From NCBI GenBank assembly GCA_964291495.2, contig OZ219871.1, positions 736,001 through 800,000 of the forward strand: a stretch of 64,000 nt of DNA, read 5' to 3'. The DNA comes from Dehalococcoidia bacterium (GTDB lineage: Bacteria; Chloroflexota; Dehalococcoidia; UBA2979). The position numbers were made by a program, and so were the translations under genes. Every line of letters begins with the position of its first letter. Position 1 is the first letter of the stretch. This document shows positions 28,242 through 38,301 of this stretch, piece after piece. The notes below the pieces were generated by a model. That model was not told the DNA's origin and made no database searches. It saw only the letters and a list, made by a program, of their open reading frames with translations.

Positions 28242-29198
28242 CTATCCGGCGCGGCTGTGCCGGATGCGTGGATCGATGAACCCGTACGAGATGTCGACGG
28301 CCAGGTTCGTCACGATGATGATCGCCGCCATGAACAGCGTGACCGCCTGCACGACCTGGTAGTCGCGCCTCGACAGTGCGTCGAGCGACAGCTGACCCAG
28401 CCCGGGGAGCGCGTAGATGCTCTCCAGCACGACCGAGCCGCTGAGCAGGAAGATGAAGCGGATGCCGATCAGGGTGACGACGGGGATGAGCGCGTTCCGC
28501 AGCGCGTGGCGGCGGATCTGCGTTGCCATCGAGAGCCCCTTCGCGGCGGCCGTGCGCATGTAGTCCAGGCGCAGCACCTCGAGCATCGTGGCGCGCAGCA
28601 TGCGCATGATCGACCCCGAGAGGTACACGGTGCCGACCAGCGCGGGAGCGAGCATGTGCTGGATGCTCGCGAGCGGATCCTCCTGCAGTGGCACGTGCCC
28701 GATCGGAGGCGTCCAGCGCCAGTAGTACGCCGGGAGCGATATGGTGAGAACCCCGATCCAGAAGAACGGGATCGAGATGCCGCCGATCGCGATCGTACGC
28801 AACAGGTAGTCGAGCGCCGACCCGCGCATCACCGCTGAGAGCACGCCGAGCGGCAGGCCGATCGCCAGGCTGAAGATGAGCGTCATCATCGCCAGCTGGA
28901 GCGTCACCGGCGTCCGGGCGCGGATCACGTCGGAGAGATCCCGGCCGGAGGCGAGCGACTCGCCGAGGTCTCCGCGCGCAAGCTCGCCGAGGTAGCGGGC
29001 GAACTGCACTGGAATCGGATCGCTGAGCCCGAGCTTCTCCCGCAGCGCCTCCGCCTGGCCCGGCCGGGCGCCGGTGTCCTGGAAGAACTGGTCGACAATG
29101 TCGCCCGGCATGAGCCGCACCGCGACGAAGACGATCACGACCACAAGCACCAGCGAGATGCTCGAGACCACCAGGCGGCCGAGAAGGTATCGCACCAC
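28242..29198 (-). CDS. Peptide/nickel ABC permease (DppB/OppB-like)
   Basis: MPGD, GDLGES, DYMRTAAAKGL, HALRNAL, DPRIR. Confidence 0.92.
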   Translation of the reverse strand: MVRYLLGRLVVSSISLVLVVVIVFVAVRLMPGDIVDQFFQDTGARPGQAEALREKLGLSDPIPVQFARYLGELARGDLGESLASGRDLSDVIRARTPVTLQLAMMTLIFSLAIGLPLGVLSAVMRGSALDYLLRTIAIGGISIPFFWIGVLTISLPAYYWRWTPPIGHVPLQEDPLASIQHMLAPALVGTVYLSGSIMRMLRATMLEVLRLDYMRTAAAKGLSMATQIRRHALRNALIPVVTLIGIRFIFLLSGSVVLESIYALPGLGQLSLDALSRRDYQVVQAVTLFMAAIIIVTNLAVDISYGFIDPRIRHSRAG

Positions 29199-29247
29199 GA
29201 GCCAGTTGCTACTCAGTCGCGCCCGTCGCTCCGGCTGTCAACGCTCC

Positions 29248-31122
29248 TTACTTCTGCACGTAGACCTGATCCACGCGCCCGCTGTCCCAGAGCATCGGGA
29301 TGCCCTGGATGCGCGAGAGCGCGGCGTAGGAGAAGGGCCCCGATCCCGTCCAGGCGTTGGCGATCTCCTCCGGCGAGTTGACGAAGCGCTGCATGTCCTG
29401 CATCAGGGAGATCCGCTCCTCGATGTCGAAGGTGCTCTCCTCGACGGCGAGCATGCGGTCGAGGTCCGGGTTCGCGTATTGCGAGAAGTTCCGGCCTCCC
29501 TCGCTGTGGTACATCTTCTGCATCGCGTCGTGGGCGTCGACGCCCATCGAGTAGGCCGACGAGATCATCTGGAACTCATGCAGCGCCTCGGCCTGCTTCC
29601 AGGCGCCCCACTCGAGCGCCTGCTCCGAGGGCTGCAGGACGTTGCCGGAGACATCCTTGTACATGTCGACCGCGATCTGCAGCTGGTCGATGCCGACAAG
29701 GGTCTGCGGCACGGACCACCCCATGATCTGCCACTCCATCGGGTTGTCGGCGTCGAAGCCCGCCGCGGCGAGCATCTGGAGTCCCTCGGCGACGTCCTGG
29801 TCACGCCGGCCCAGGCCGAAGCCGGGCATCGCCTCGAACTCCGCATCCGGGAGATGGAACGCCAGATGCCCCATTCCGAGTGCGATCGACGGCTTCGCTC
29901 CGATTGGCCAGCCATACGTCCGGTTCGGCAGGCGATCCATGATCAGGTTGATCGCCCAACGCACGCGGATGTCGGCGAAGACCGGATCCTGCGTGTTCAT
30001 GAAGTGCCCGTGCGCGGAGGCGGCCATCACCTCCGAGTACACGTACCCGTCGATCCCCTCGGACTCGAGGAATCCCGCGAACGAGTCGTGGCCCGGGAGC
30101 AGTTCGGCGGGGACCAGCACGATATCGATGTTCCCCGCCCGGAACTGCGACCAGTGGTCCTCGACATCGAGCTGCTCGAGTTCGTCGAGGTACGGGAGTC
30201 CCTCGCGCCAGTAGTCGGGGTTCCGGACGAGCTTGGCGCCGAAGTCGGGCGCGAAGCTCTCGACGATGAACGGCCCCGTGCCGATCGTCGCCTCCGGGCT
30301 CTTGATGTCCCCGAACTGGTCGATCACCTCGGGCGCGACGGGAATCCACTGGTAGCCCGCGAGCATGGTGAGGATGATGGCCGTCGGGTACTTCGTGGTG
30401 AGTCGCACGGTGGAGGCGTCCGGCGCCTCGATCGTATCGACGACGGCCAGGTCGCCGCTGTGGATGAACGAGGGGTCGTCCGAGCGCGCCCGTTCGAGGC
30501 CGAACACCACGTCGCTCGCCGTGAAGTCACGGCCGTTGACCGGGGGCTTGTTCTGCCACTTCACGCCCTCGTGGAGCTTGAAGACGACGTCTGTGCCGGC
30601 CTGCTCCCAGGACTGCGCGACATCGGGCTCGGGCAGCTGGGCGTCACCGCGATAGCGGACCAGCCGGTTGTAGGTGGCGCCGATGATCTGCTGCGCCCCG
30701 GAGATGCTGTCCTGGTGGATATCGAGGTGGGCCGTCGTGTTCTGGGCCCACGACATCTTCCCGCCTCGCTTCGCCTCGTCCTCCGCAGTGGTGGCGGCCT
30801 GGGTCGGGGTGGCTGTCGCCTGTGGCGCCACGGTGGCCGTCGCCCGCGCAGGCGCCGGCCGCGGAGTGGCTGTGGCTGTTGCCGGCGCCGCGGTGGCCGT
30901 CGCCGGCGCCGCGGTGGGTGTCGCCTGGACCGGGGCGGCGGTAGGCGTCGCTGCCGGCGGCGGCGCCTCGTCGTCGTCGTCGTCGCAGCCGATCAGCGCG
31001 GCAGTGGCGAGTCCGGCGGCTCCAAGGACGCTCCCTCGCAGGAGCGCCCGGCGCCCGATGCGCGTCTTTGCCAGCCTCTGGTACGTGGTAGCGACTTCAC
31101 TCTGGTCATCTCGCGCGGCCAT
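29248..31122 (-). CDS. Family 5 ABC substrate-binding protein, Tat lipoprotein
   Basis: RRALL...AALIGC, P/A/T-rich linker, IGTGPF, RNPDYW..GLPYLD. Confidence 0.9.
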   Translation of the reverse strand: MAARDDQSEVATTYQRLAKTRIGRRALLRGSVLGAAGLATAALIGCDDDDDEAPPPAATPTAAPVQATPTAAPATATAAPATATATPRPAPARATATVAPQATATPTQAATTAEDEAKRGGKMSWAQNTTAHLDIHQDSISGAQQIIGATYNRLVRYRGDAQLPEPDVAQSWEQAGTDVVFKLHEGVKWQNKPPVNGRDFTASDVVFGLERARSDDPSFIHSGDLAVVDTIEAPDASTVRLTTKYPTAIILTMLAGYQWIPVAPEVIDQFGDIKSPEATIGTGPFIVESFAPDFGAKLVRNPDYWREGLPYLDELEQLDVEDHWSQFRAGNIDIVLVPAELLPGHDSFAGFLESEGIDGYVYSEVMAASAHGHFMNTQDPVFADIRVRWAINLIMDRLPNRTYGWPIGAKPSIALGMGHLAFHLPDAEFEAMPGFGLGRRDQDVAEGLQMLAAAGFDADNPMEWQIMGWSVPQTLVGIDQLQIAVDMYKDVSGNVLQPSEQALEWGAWKQAEALHEFQMISSAYSMGVDAHDAMQKMYHSEGGRNFSQYANPDLDRMLAVEESTFDIEERISLMQDMQRFVNSPEEIANAWTGSGPFSYAALSRIQGIPMLWDSGRVDQVYVQK

Positions 31123-31190
31123 GCTGTTCTCTCCCCCCGCGGCGGAGCAGCTCCTCGCTCCGCTGAGCTGGTACCAAGCGTGGTATCGCG

Positions 31191-31219
31191 ATTGTTCTCA
31201 AGCGGCCCCGGCGTGTCAA
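31191..31219 (-). promoter_or_regulatory. Sigma70-type promoter for the SBP operon
   Basis: Minus strand TTGACA-17 bp-AACAAT. Confidence 0.55.
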
Positions 31220-31352
31220 CCGAGCAGTCCTCGGGTGGGGCGGGTGTGGGCGCTCCTCCCGGCCCCACCAGAGCGCCGAACTCTGAGCCGGGAAGGGAGC
31301 GCTTCTCGCCGGCGCGTAGATCTTCCGACGAGTACGCGATTCGCACCCGGAC

Positions 31353-32321
31353 CTACTCGTAGCGGATCCTCGGATCGAGCGCTCCGTAGCTCAGATCGAC
31401 GACGAGGTTCGTAGCGAGGAACCCGATCGCGGCAAAGAGTACCGTTGTCTGGATGACCGGGTAGTCGCGCTGGTTGATGGCGGTGAGAATGAACTCGCCG
31501 AGGCCAGGAAGCCCGAACACGTTCTCGATCACCACCGAGCCGCCGATAAGGAAGCCGACCTGTAGGCCAATCACCGTGACCACGGGAATCAGGCTGTTCC
31601 GCAGCACATGCTTGTAGATCACGGTGGCCTCTGTCAGCCCTTTGGCGCGCGCGGTTCTCACGTAGTCCTGACGGAGCACCTCCAGCACCTCGGATCTCGT
31701 GATCCGCATGATCGACGCGGAGAGCGACCAGCCCAGGGTGAGGCTGGGCAGGGCGAACTGCTCGAGATTCCGCCGCGGGTCGTCCGGGAACGGGCTGTAT
31801 CCGAGCGGGGGCAGGTAGCCCCACCACAGCGCGGGCAGCAGGATCACCAGCAAGGCGATCCAGAAGTTCGGCAGGGAGAGGCCAAGCACTCCGATCAGCC
31901 TCCCCAGATAGTCGATGGGGGTGTCCTGGAAGACGGCCGAAATCACTCCGACCACCAGTCCGGTCGTAACGGCGATGAGAACGCTGAACACCAGCAACTC
32001 GATCGTCACGGGCAACCGCCGCTTGATCTCGCTGATCACGGAGTTCCCCGACCAATAGGACGTCCCGAAGTCCAACCGCACGGTTTCGCCAAGCCAGACC
32101 GCGTACTGGATGGGAATCGGTTTGTCGATCCCCAGTTCGCGGCGCATCTCCTCAATGACTGCAGGATCGGTCTCACCCTCCAAGATGAGATCGTCACCGG
32201 CGAATGCCTGTAGCAGCGCTGCGTCCCCTGGCATGAGCCGGACCAGCAGGAACAGGATCACCGAGAGCCCGAGGAGCGTCGGCAGCATCGCCACGAGCCT
32301 GCGAAAGATATACCCGGTCAT
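31353..32321 (-). CDS. Peptide/nickel ABC permease (DppB-like)
   Basis: MTGYIFRR, DFGTSY, QDYVRTARAKGL, DPRIRY. Confidence 0.92.
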   Translation of the reverse strand: MTGYIFRRLVAMLPTLLGLSVILFLLVRLMPGDAALLQAFAGDDLILEGETDPAVIEEMRRELGIDKPIPIQYAVWLGETVRLDFGTSYWSGNSVISEIKRRLPVTIELLVFSVLIAVTTGLVVGVISAVFQDTPIDYLGRLIGVLGLSLPNFWIALLVILLPALWWGYLPPLGYSPFPDDPRRNLEQFALPSLTLGWSLSASIMRITRSEVLEVLRQDYVRTARAKGLTEATVIYKHVLRNSLIPVVTVIGLQVGFLIGGSVVIENVFGLPGLGEFILTAINQRDYPVIQTTVLFAAIGFLATNLVVDLSYGALDPRIRYE

Positions 32322-32404
32322 CCGCGCGGCCCACCCCTCTTGAGGTTCCAGTGAGCGCCGACTGTCGCCGTCCCGTTCTCCGCCCGACGCCGAGCGGACC
32401 GCAG

Positions 32405-32428
32405 ACAAGAGCGAGCGCTCGCTCTTGT
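32405..32428. promoter_or_regulatory. Perfect 24-bp palindrome, TetR-like operator candidate
   Basis: ACAAGAGCGAGCGCTCGCTCTTGT; a related ATGAGCGCTCGCTCAT lies at 32561-32576. Confidence 0.55.
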
Positions 32429-32518
32429 ACAACGATTGTATGTACCGAAGGAGCCCGCGCCGGTCAAGCAGCTTCCCTCACTCGCACTGCCTTGCCGCGG
32501 GCCCCGCTCCGGCAGGCC

Positions 32519-32547
32519 TTGACGCCTTCAAGTGTGGATTCTATAAC
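32519..32547 (+). promoter_or_regulatory. Sigma70-type promoter
   Basis: TTGACG-17 bp-TATAAC upstream of the SBP at 32618. Confidence 0.65.
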
Positions 32548-32617
32548 GTTTGATCATAGTATGAGCGCTCGCTCATGACTCTGCGGGTGGAGATCCCGTG
32601 GAGAGGGGGGACGTAGC

Positions 32618-34399
32618 ATGCAGTACACGGAGTTCTCGAACTGGCTTTCGCGCCGGCGCTTTCTGACGCAGACGGCGATCGGCGGGGTCGGCCTCGGTGC
32701 AGCGGCTCTGATCGGCTGTGGCGATGACGATGACGATGACGACGACGGTGCGACGCCTGCCGCTACCGCAGCGCCGGCCACTGCGGCCCCGACCGCGACG
32801 CCGGCTGCCACGGCAACGCCGACCCCCGAGGCGGCGCCCAGCGGCCCCAAGAGCGGAGGCTTCCTCCGCTACATCACGCCCCCCGGCATTTCCCCCACGA
32901 ACCTCGACCCGTACTACACCGACAAGCCAATCAGCAATCTGCTGTTCGGCAAGTTCGTCTACGAGTCGCTCATCGAGGTGGATTTCACGAACGCGGAGTG
33001 GCGCAGCCCCTACAACCTGGTGGGCCACCTTGCCGAGAGCTGGGAACAGCAGCCCGACAACGTCACGTTCGTATTCAAGATCCGCGGGGGCGTGCAGTTC
33101 CACAACGGAGCAACGCTCACGGCGGACGATGCTGCCTTCAGCTTCACGAGAGCGCAGGATCCGGAAGCGAACAACAACGCGTTCCGCCGCAGCGTGAGCG
33201 AGCCTGTCGAGGCGATCGATGATTCGACGCTGCGCGTGGTTGCGGACGAGCCCGATGCAGAGTTCCTCGAGGTGATCAACGGCTACATCGGGCAGGTGGC
33301 GATCATGCCGAGGAGCTTTGCGGATGGTGGCGGCGACTTCGCGCGTGAAGCCGTCGGAACGGGGCCGTTCAGACTGGCCAGCCACCAGGCGGGCTCTACC
33401 GCCCTCCTCACGCGCTTCGATGACTACTGGCAGCCGGGTCGGCCGTACCTCGACGGGATTCACATCGTGTGGGACACGGCGGACGCTACGCTGTCCGCCG
33501 CCTTCATCGCGAAGGAATCCGATGTCCTGACGCGCAATGACGGGGTCCAGGCGAAGCCGGTCCTGAACGCGAATCCCGATGCGCTCTCGGACTCGTGGGC
33601 GTCGGACTTCATCTACGGCCCGTTCTTCAACCTGACCCGCAAGCCGTTCGATGACGTCCGCGTACGGCAGGCGCTGCATCTGACGATCAACCGGGAGGAT
33701 GCGGAGGCCGTCGTCACCTTCGGTGACGGCGTCATCAGCGGGCCGATGATGATCGAGCGGGAGGGCTACACCCTGCCGCACGCCGAGCTGCTCAAGCTGC
33801 CCGGCTACCGCATGCCGAAGGACGCCGACATCGCGGAGGCGGTCAGCCTCCTCGGCGCCGCCGGCTACGGCGATGGGTTCTCGATGGACATGGGGTTCAG
33901 GAGCGACTTCGCATTCGCGGAGTCATACGCGACCAACCTCAAGCAGCAGTACGCGGAGGCGCTGAACGTCGACGTAACCATCCAACCTCTTGAGTCTGCG
34001 CTGATGAGGGAGGTGCAAACCCAGACCGGCGAGTACGACACGCTCCTCACCTCGGTCAGTGGGGTCGCGCGGCCGGGCAGCGGTGTGGCCAGGTGGCACT
34101 CCAGCCACCCCAACGCGGTTGCACAGGGGATCAACGATGCGGAGCTCGACGCGCTGATCGACGCGCAACGGGTGGCGTTCGACCCCGTCGAGCGCGGCAA
34201 AGTCTTCCAGGACATCGAGCAGCGGCTGCTCGAGCAGATGTACTTCGCGGGCATCTCCGCGGCTTCGCTGTTCCGGATGTGGCAGCCCTGGGTGCACGAC
34301 TGGCGGGACAACCGCGCTCGCTTCGCCTCGATCATGAATCCGAGCTGGATGTGGATTGACCTGGACGAGGCTCCCGGTGACCGCGCGTCGGCTCCCTGA
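32618..34399 (+). CDS. Family 5 ABC substrate-binding protein, Tat lipoprotein
   Basis: SRRRFL...AALIGCGDDDD, LAESWE, VGTGPF, PFDDVRVRQAL. Confidence 0.9.
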   Translation: MQYTEFSNWLSRRRFLTQTAIGGVGLGAAALIGCGDDDDDDDDGATPAATAAPATAAPTATPAATATPTPEAAPSGPKSGGFLRYITPPGISPTNLDPYYTDKPISNLLFGKFVYESLIEVDFTNAEWRSPYNLVGHLAESWEQQPDNVTFVFKIRGGVQFHNGATLTADDAAFSFTRAQDPEANNNAFRRSVSEPVEAIDDSTLRVVADEPDAEFLEVINGYIGQVAIMPRSFADGGGDFAREAVGTGPFRLASHQAGSTALLTRFDDYWQPGRPYLDGIHIVWDTADATLSAAFIAKESDVLTRNDGVQAKPVLNANPDALSDSWASDFIYGPFFNLTRKPFDDVRVRQALHLTINREDAEAVVTFGDGVISGPMMIEREGYTLPHAELLKLPGYRMPKDADIAEAVSLLGAAGYGDGFSMDMGFRSDFAFAESYATNLKQQYAEALNVDVTIQPLESALMREVQTQTGEYDTLLTSVSGVARPGSGVARWHSSHPNAVAQGINDAELDALIDAQRVAFDPVERGKVFQDIEQRLLEQMYFAGISAASLFRMWQPWVHDWRDNRARFASIMNPSWMWIDLDEAPGDRASAP

Positions 34400-34517
34400 G
34401 TAACCGGCCGGAGCACTCGCGAGGATGTCGGACCGCACTCACGACTTCGCTGGCGACGTCAGCGATCGTGGGCGCGGCGCACCGAGGAAGGCTCCCGCGA
34501 CGCGGGAGTGCGCGGAG

Positions 34518-35324
34518 ATGATGGTGATGGTTGGCGGCGCTGTGATCTACGAGAAGAAGGGCCGTACTGCGTACGTCACCCTGAATCGGCCGGAAGCGCT
34601 GAACGCGCTCAATCGCGAGGCCAGCGAGGCGCTGACGGCGGCAATGCTCGACTTCCGGGACGATCCGGACCTCTGGGTCGCGATCCTCACCGGCGCGGGA
34701 GACCGGGCGTTCTGCGCCGGAGCCGATATCAAGGACATGGCCCCGCGACTGCTCGGTGACGAGCCGGCGCCGAGCCCGGACCGGCCGCGGTCCGCCCAGC
34801 CGTCGTTCACGAGTCCGGAGTTCGAGTTGTGGAAGCCAGTGATCGCCGCGGTCCACGGGTACGCGCTCGGCGCCGGCGCCGAGCTCGCCCTCGCCTGCGA
34901 CATGATCGTGGCGGCGGACACCACCCAGTTTGGCATCGTCGAGGGCCGGCTCGGCTACATCGCCGCGGGCGCGGTCGTGCACCGCCTGCCTCGCCAGATC
35001 CCGCTGAAGCTGGCAATGGAGATGATCCTGACGTCGAAGCACGTCGGCGCCGAGGAGGGCTACCGGGTGGGGCTCTTCAATGAAGTGGTGTCTCGCGAGG
35101 AGTTGATGGAGGCGGCCGAGCGGCTTGCCGGCGCCATCATCGCGTGCTCACCCGTGGTCGTGCAGGCTTGTAAGCAGGGAATCATGGTAGGCCTCGAGTC
35201 GCCTCTGCGTGTTGCCCATCCGGTCAACTATGAGCTGATGGACCGCGTCGCCACGTCAGAGGACGTGCAGGAGGGCATCAGCGCCTTCCTGGAGAAGCGG
35301 GAACCGCGGTGGAAGGGTCGCTAG
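34518..35324 (+). CDS. Enoyl-CoA hydratase (CaiD-like)
   Basis: LNRPEALNA, FCAGADI, KPVIAAVHGYALGAGAE, EGISAFLEKREP; start approximate. Confidence 0.9.
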   Translation: MMVMVGGAVIYEKKGRTAYVTLNRPEALNALNREASEALTAAMLDFRDDPDLWVAILTGAGDRAFCAGADIKDMAPRLLGDEPAPSPDRPRSAQPSFTSPEFELWKPVIAAVHGYALGAGAELALACDMIVAADTTQFGIVEGRLGYIAAGAVVHRLPRQIPLKLAMEMILTSKHVGAEEGYRVGLFNEVVSREELMEAAERLAGAIIACSPVVVQACKQGIMVGLESPLRVAHPVNYELMDRVATSEDVQEGISAFLEKREPRWKGR

Positions 35325-35386
35325 GCTCCGCTCGTGCGAACTGAGGCCGGTTCGGCCCCCGCCGCGCAATCGAAGCCGGACGCCTG

Positions 35387-36607
35387 ATGCCGCTCAATCT
35401 GCTCTCCGGGGTACGTGTTCTCGAGTTTGCGGAGCTCGCCTGCGGACCGTTCTGCGGGAAGGTACTGGCCGACCTCGGCGCCGATGTGATCAAGGTCGAG
35501 CCGCCAGGGAGCGGTGACGAGGCGCGCCGGCGCGGCCCCTTTCTGAACGATGACCCCGACCCCGAAGCCAGCGTGCTCTTTCTGGCGCTGAACACCGACA
35601 AGCGCGGGATCACCCTCGACCTCACCACCGCGGATGGACGGGAGCTGCTCCTCGCACTGCTGCGGAGCGCCGACGTACTGATCGAGGACAGGGCTCGCCG
35701 GTTCTGGCTCGACCTGGAGCTACCCGTCGAGCGGCTGCACGAGGCCAACCCGGAGTTGGTCATGACCTCGATCACGCCGTTTGGCCAGACCGGAGCTCAC
35801 AGTGACTACCGGGCACATCCGATTAACGTCGAGCACGCCGGCGGGGGCGGCTATCTGAACCCCAACGGCCGCATCTCATGGGAGAGTTCGCCCGGGAGGC
35901 CACCGACGAAGCACGGGGCCTACCTCATGGAGTGCGAGATCGGCCTGAACGCCGCCCTGGCCACCATGGGCGCAGTGTGCGCCCGGCAGTTCGGCGCCGG
36001 GGGCCAGCACGTCGATTTCTCCAAGCAGGAGTCCCAGATCTCGTCCTACCGATTGCCGCTCGATCGCTACGGCGACGACGGGACGGTGCATGATCGCCTC
36101 AACGTCGGCTTCCCGAGCCTGGGCCTAATGCCTGCCAGGGACGGCTGGACGCTGCCGCTCCTCCTGGAGCAGCACATGTGGGAGAGCCTCGCGCGCCTCA
36201 TGGGCTCGCCGGACTGGACACACGAGCCGTGGTTCGACGACCCGATCCAGATGCGGGAGCGGGCGGACTTCATCAACGAGCACGTTGGGGCGTGGCTACT
36301 CGAGCAGCGAGTGGAAGAGTTCTACCATTCGGCCCAGGAGCAGGGCGTGCCGGTGGGCATGGTCGCGACGGCCAGGGATCTGGTTGAGTCGGATCAGCTG
36401 GAGGCGCGGGCGTTCTTCCGCCCAACCGATCATCCGGTCGCCGGACGCCACCCGCACCCCTCGATACCGCTCACCGTGTCCGGGCAGAGCTACGGGGCAA
36501 GTACGCCCGCACCCCTGCTGGGCCAACACAATCAGGAGGTGTACTGCGGCCTGCTGGGCTACTCGACATCCGACCTCGTACGCCTACGACAGGCCGGGGT
36601 GATCTAG
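35387..36607 (+). CDS. Family III CoA-transferase (partner subunit)
   Basis: LSGVRVLE, LGADVIKVEPP, LNTDKRGITLD. Confidence 0.9.
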   Translation: MPLNLLSGVRVLEFAELACGPFCGKVLADLGADVIKVEPPGSGDEARRRGPFLNDDPDPEASVLFLALNTDKRGITLDLTTADGRELLLALLRSADVLIEDRARRFWLDLELPVERLHEANPELVMTSITPFGQTGAHSDYRAHPINVEHAGGGGYLNPNGRISWESSPGRPPTKHGAYLMECEIGLNAALATMGAVCARQFGAGGQHVDFSKQESQISSYRLPLDRYGDDGTVHDRLNVGFPSLGLMPARDGWTLPLLLEQHMWESLARLMGSPDWTHEPWFDDPIQMRERADFINEHVGAWLLEQRVEEFYHSAQEQGVPVGMVATARDLVESDQLEARAFFRPTDHPVAGRHPHPSIPLTVSGQSYGASTPAPLLGQHNQEVYCGLLGYSTSDLVRLRQAGVI

Positions 36608-36625
36608 GAGCAAGAGGCTCGACAG

Positions 36626-37828
36626 ATGAATCAGGCACTCGCGGGCATCAGAATCATCGACTTCTCGCACATGCAGGCTGGCCCGTTCTGCACGATGATC
36701 ATGGCGGCGATGGGCGCCGAGGTCATCAAGATCGAGAGCATGCAGCATATCGACCCTTACCGGCGTGCATCGCCGGAAGGGGTCGACATGAGCTTTGGAT
36801 TCAACGAGTTCAACCTCGGAAAGAAGAGCGTCCGCCTCAACCTGCGCCAGCCACGCGCGGTCGAGCTCGCCAAGGGGCTCGTCGCCCTCGGGGATGCAAC
36901 CGTCGTGAACATGCGGCCGGGCGTGATCGACCGCCTCGGGCTGGGCTACGACGAGCAGCGGCAGGTGCGTCGCGACATCATCATGGTGCACATCTCCTAC
37001 TCGGGGTGGGCCGACGGCCCGGAACGAAACTACGCCGGCTATGCGGGCACCTTCTCCGCGATCGGTGGAGCCGCCCACATCTCGGGACATCCCGATGGCC
37101 CCCCGACCGAGGATGCGATGACAGGCTGGGCCGACTGCTCCACCGGCGTCTGGGCAGCGACGGCGCTGCTGGCCGCGGTGCAGCGCCGCGAGCTCACCGG
37201 CGAAGGAGCGTTCATCGACATCTCGGCCCGAGAGGGCGTCGCCGCCCTCATCCCCGATGTCCTGCTGGATTACATCCTGACCGGCCGCGTTGCCGGCAGG
37301 AGCGGGAACCGCGACACCGCGATGGCGCCGCACAACTGCTATCCGTCGAAGGGTGCGGACCGCTGGGTCAGCATCGCGGTCGGCAGCGACGCGGAGTGGG
37401 CCGCGCTCCGCCAGGCGATGGGTAGCCCGGCCTGGGCCGAGGCGCCGCGATTCGCCACCGCCCTCGGACGGTGGCGGCACCAGGATGAACTGGACGGGCT
37501 CATCGGCGCGTGGACCGTAGAATTCACTGCGGCCGAGCTAACCGAGCGCCTGCAGGCCGTCGGCGTCGCATCCGCTCCTTCCTACGACAGCCGTGAACTG
37601 CACGATAGCGAGCACCTCCGTCAGCGCGGCTTCTGGGTGACGGTTGACCATCCCTTCGACGGCAGGCAGGTGAAAGCGGGACTACCGTGGCGCTACAACA
37701 GAACCCCGACGAGCATCACTGAGCCGGCGCCTTGGATGGGCCAGCATACAGACGAGGTGCTGCGAGACCTGCTTGGCCTGTCGGACGCCGAGATCAGCCA
37801 GCTGGTCGACGAGGGTGTCGCGTACTGA
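36626..37828 (+). CDS. Family III CoA-transferase (Asp-containing subunit)
   Basis: LAGIRIIDFS, AGP, NLGKKSV, GWADCSTG. Confidence 0.9.
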   Translation: MNQALAGIRIIDFSHMQAGPFCTMIMAAMGAEVIKIESMQHIDPYRRASPEGVDMSFGFNEFNLGKKSVRLNLRQPRAVELAKGLVALGDATVVNMRPGVIDRLGLGYDEQRQVRRDIIMVHISYSGWADGPERNYAGYAGTFSAIGGAAHISGHPDGPPTEDAMTGWADCSTGVWAATALLAAVQRRELTGEGAFIDISAREGVAALIPDVLLDYILTGRVAGRSGNRDTAMAPHNCYPSKGADRWVSIAVGSDAEWAALRQAMGSPAWAEAPRFATALGRWRHQDELDGLIGAWTVEFTAAELTERLQAVGVASAPSYDSRELHDSEHLRQRGFWVTVDHPFDGRQVKAGLPWRYNRTPTSITEPAPWMGQHTDEVLRDLLGLSDAEISQLVDEGVAY

Positions 37829-37905
37829 CGCTCGCCGAACCTGTGCTCGCGAGTGGACTACTCCCTCGGAGCCCCGTCGCCCGCTGCGCATCGCTAACCC
37901 CGAGC

Positions 37906-38128
37906 GACGAACGTGGGCCCACTGCTCGGGATCGACAAGAGCGAGTGCGTGGTGGCGGCGGCGGTGGATCTCTCGAGGCACCACAGGCGCGATCGAGCAA
38001 GCTCGGCGCGTCGAGGTCTCGGTCATACGAGTAGCACGACAAGATCGAGCGCGTGCCTGTGGTGGTGACGGTGGCTCTCGCGAGGCGCGGCAGGCGCGAC
38101 TGAGCAAGCCCGGCGTTTGCGGTCCCGG
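37906..38128 (+). repeat. Two tandem copies of repeat family C
   Basis: GACAAGAGCGAGTGCGTGG...GCGCGATCGAGCAAG (~37906-38005) and GACAAGATCGAGCGCGTGCC...GCGCGACTGAGCAAG (~38031-38128). Confidence 0.8.
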
Positions 38129-38301
38129 CCATCAATGGGCTCGACCCGCGATGGGTGGCGGATCCCGCGTCTGCGGCCCGCTTGAGTTGTCGCCGAGCCC
38201 CTCCCGCGACACGACCCGGTCGGTGACGATCGCCTCCGGCATGGGCGGTTCTCGGACGCCCGGAACGTCGCGAACGACAACGTCAGTGCCCGGCGCGCAG
38301 A

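Noticed and set aside
31170-31187. GGTACCAAGCGTGGTATC as a KstR2 box
   Set aside because: Two bases shorter than AnCAAGnnCTTGnT; it may be an operator but cannot be assigned.
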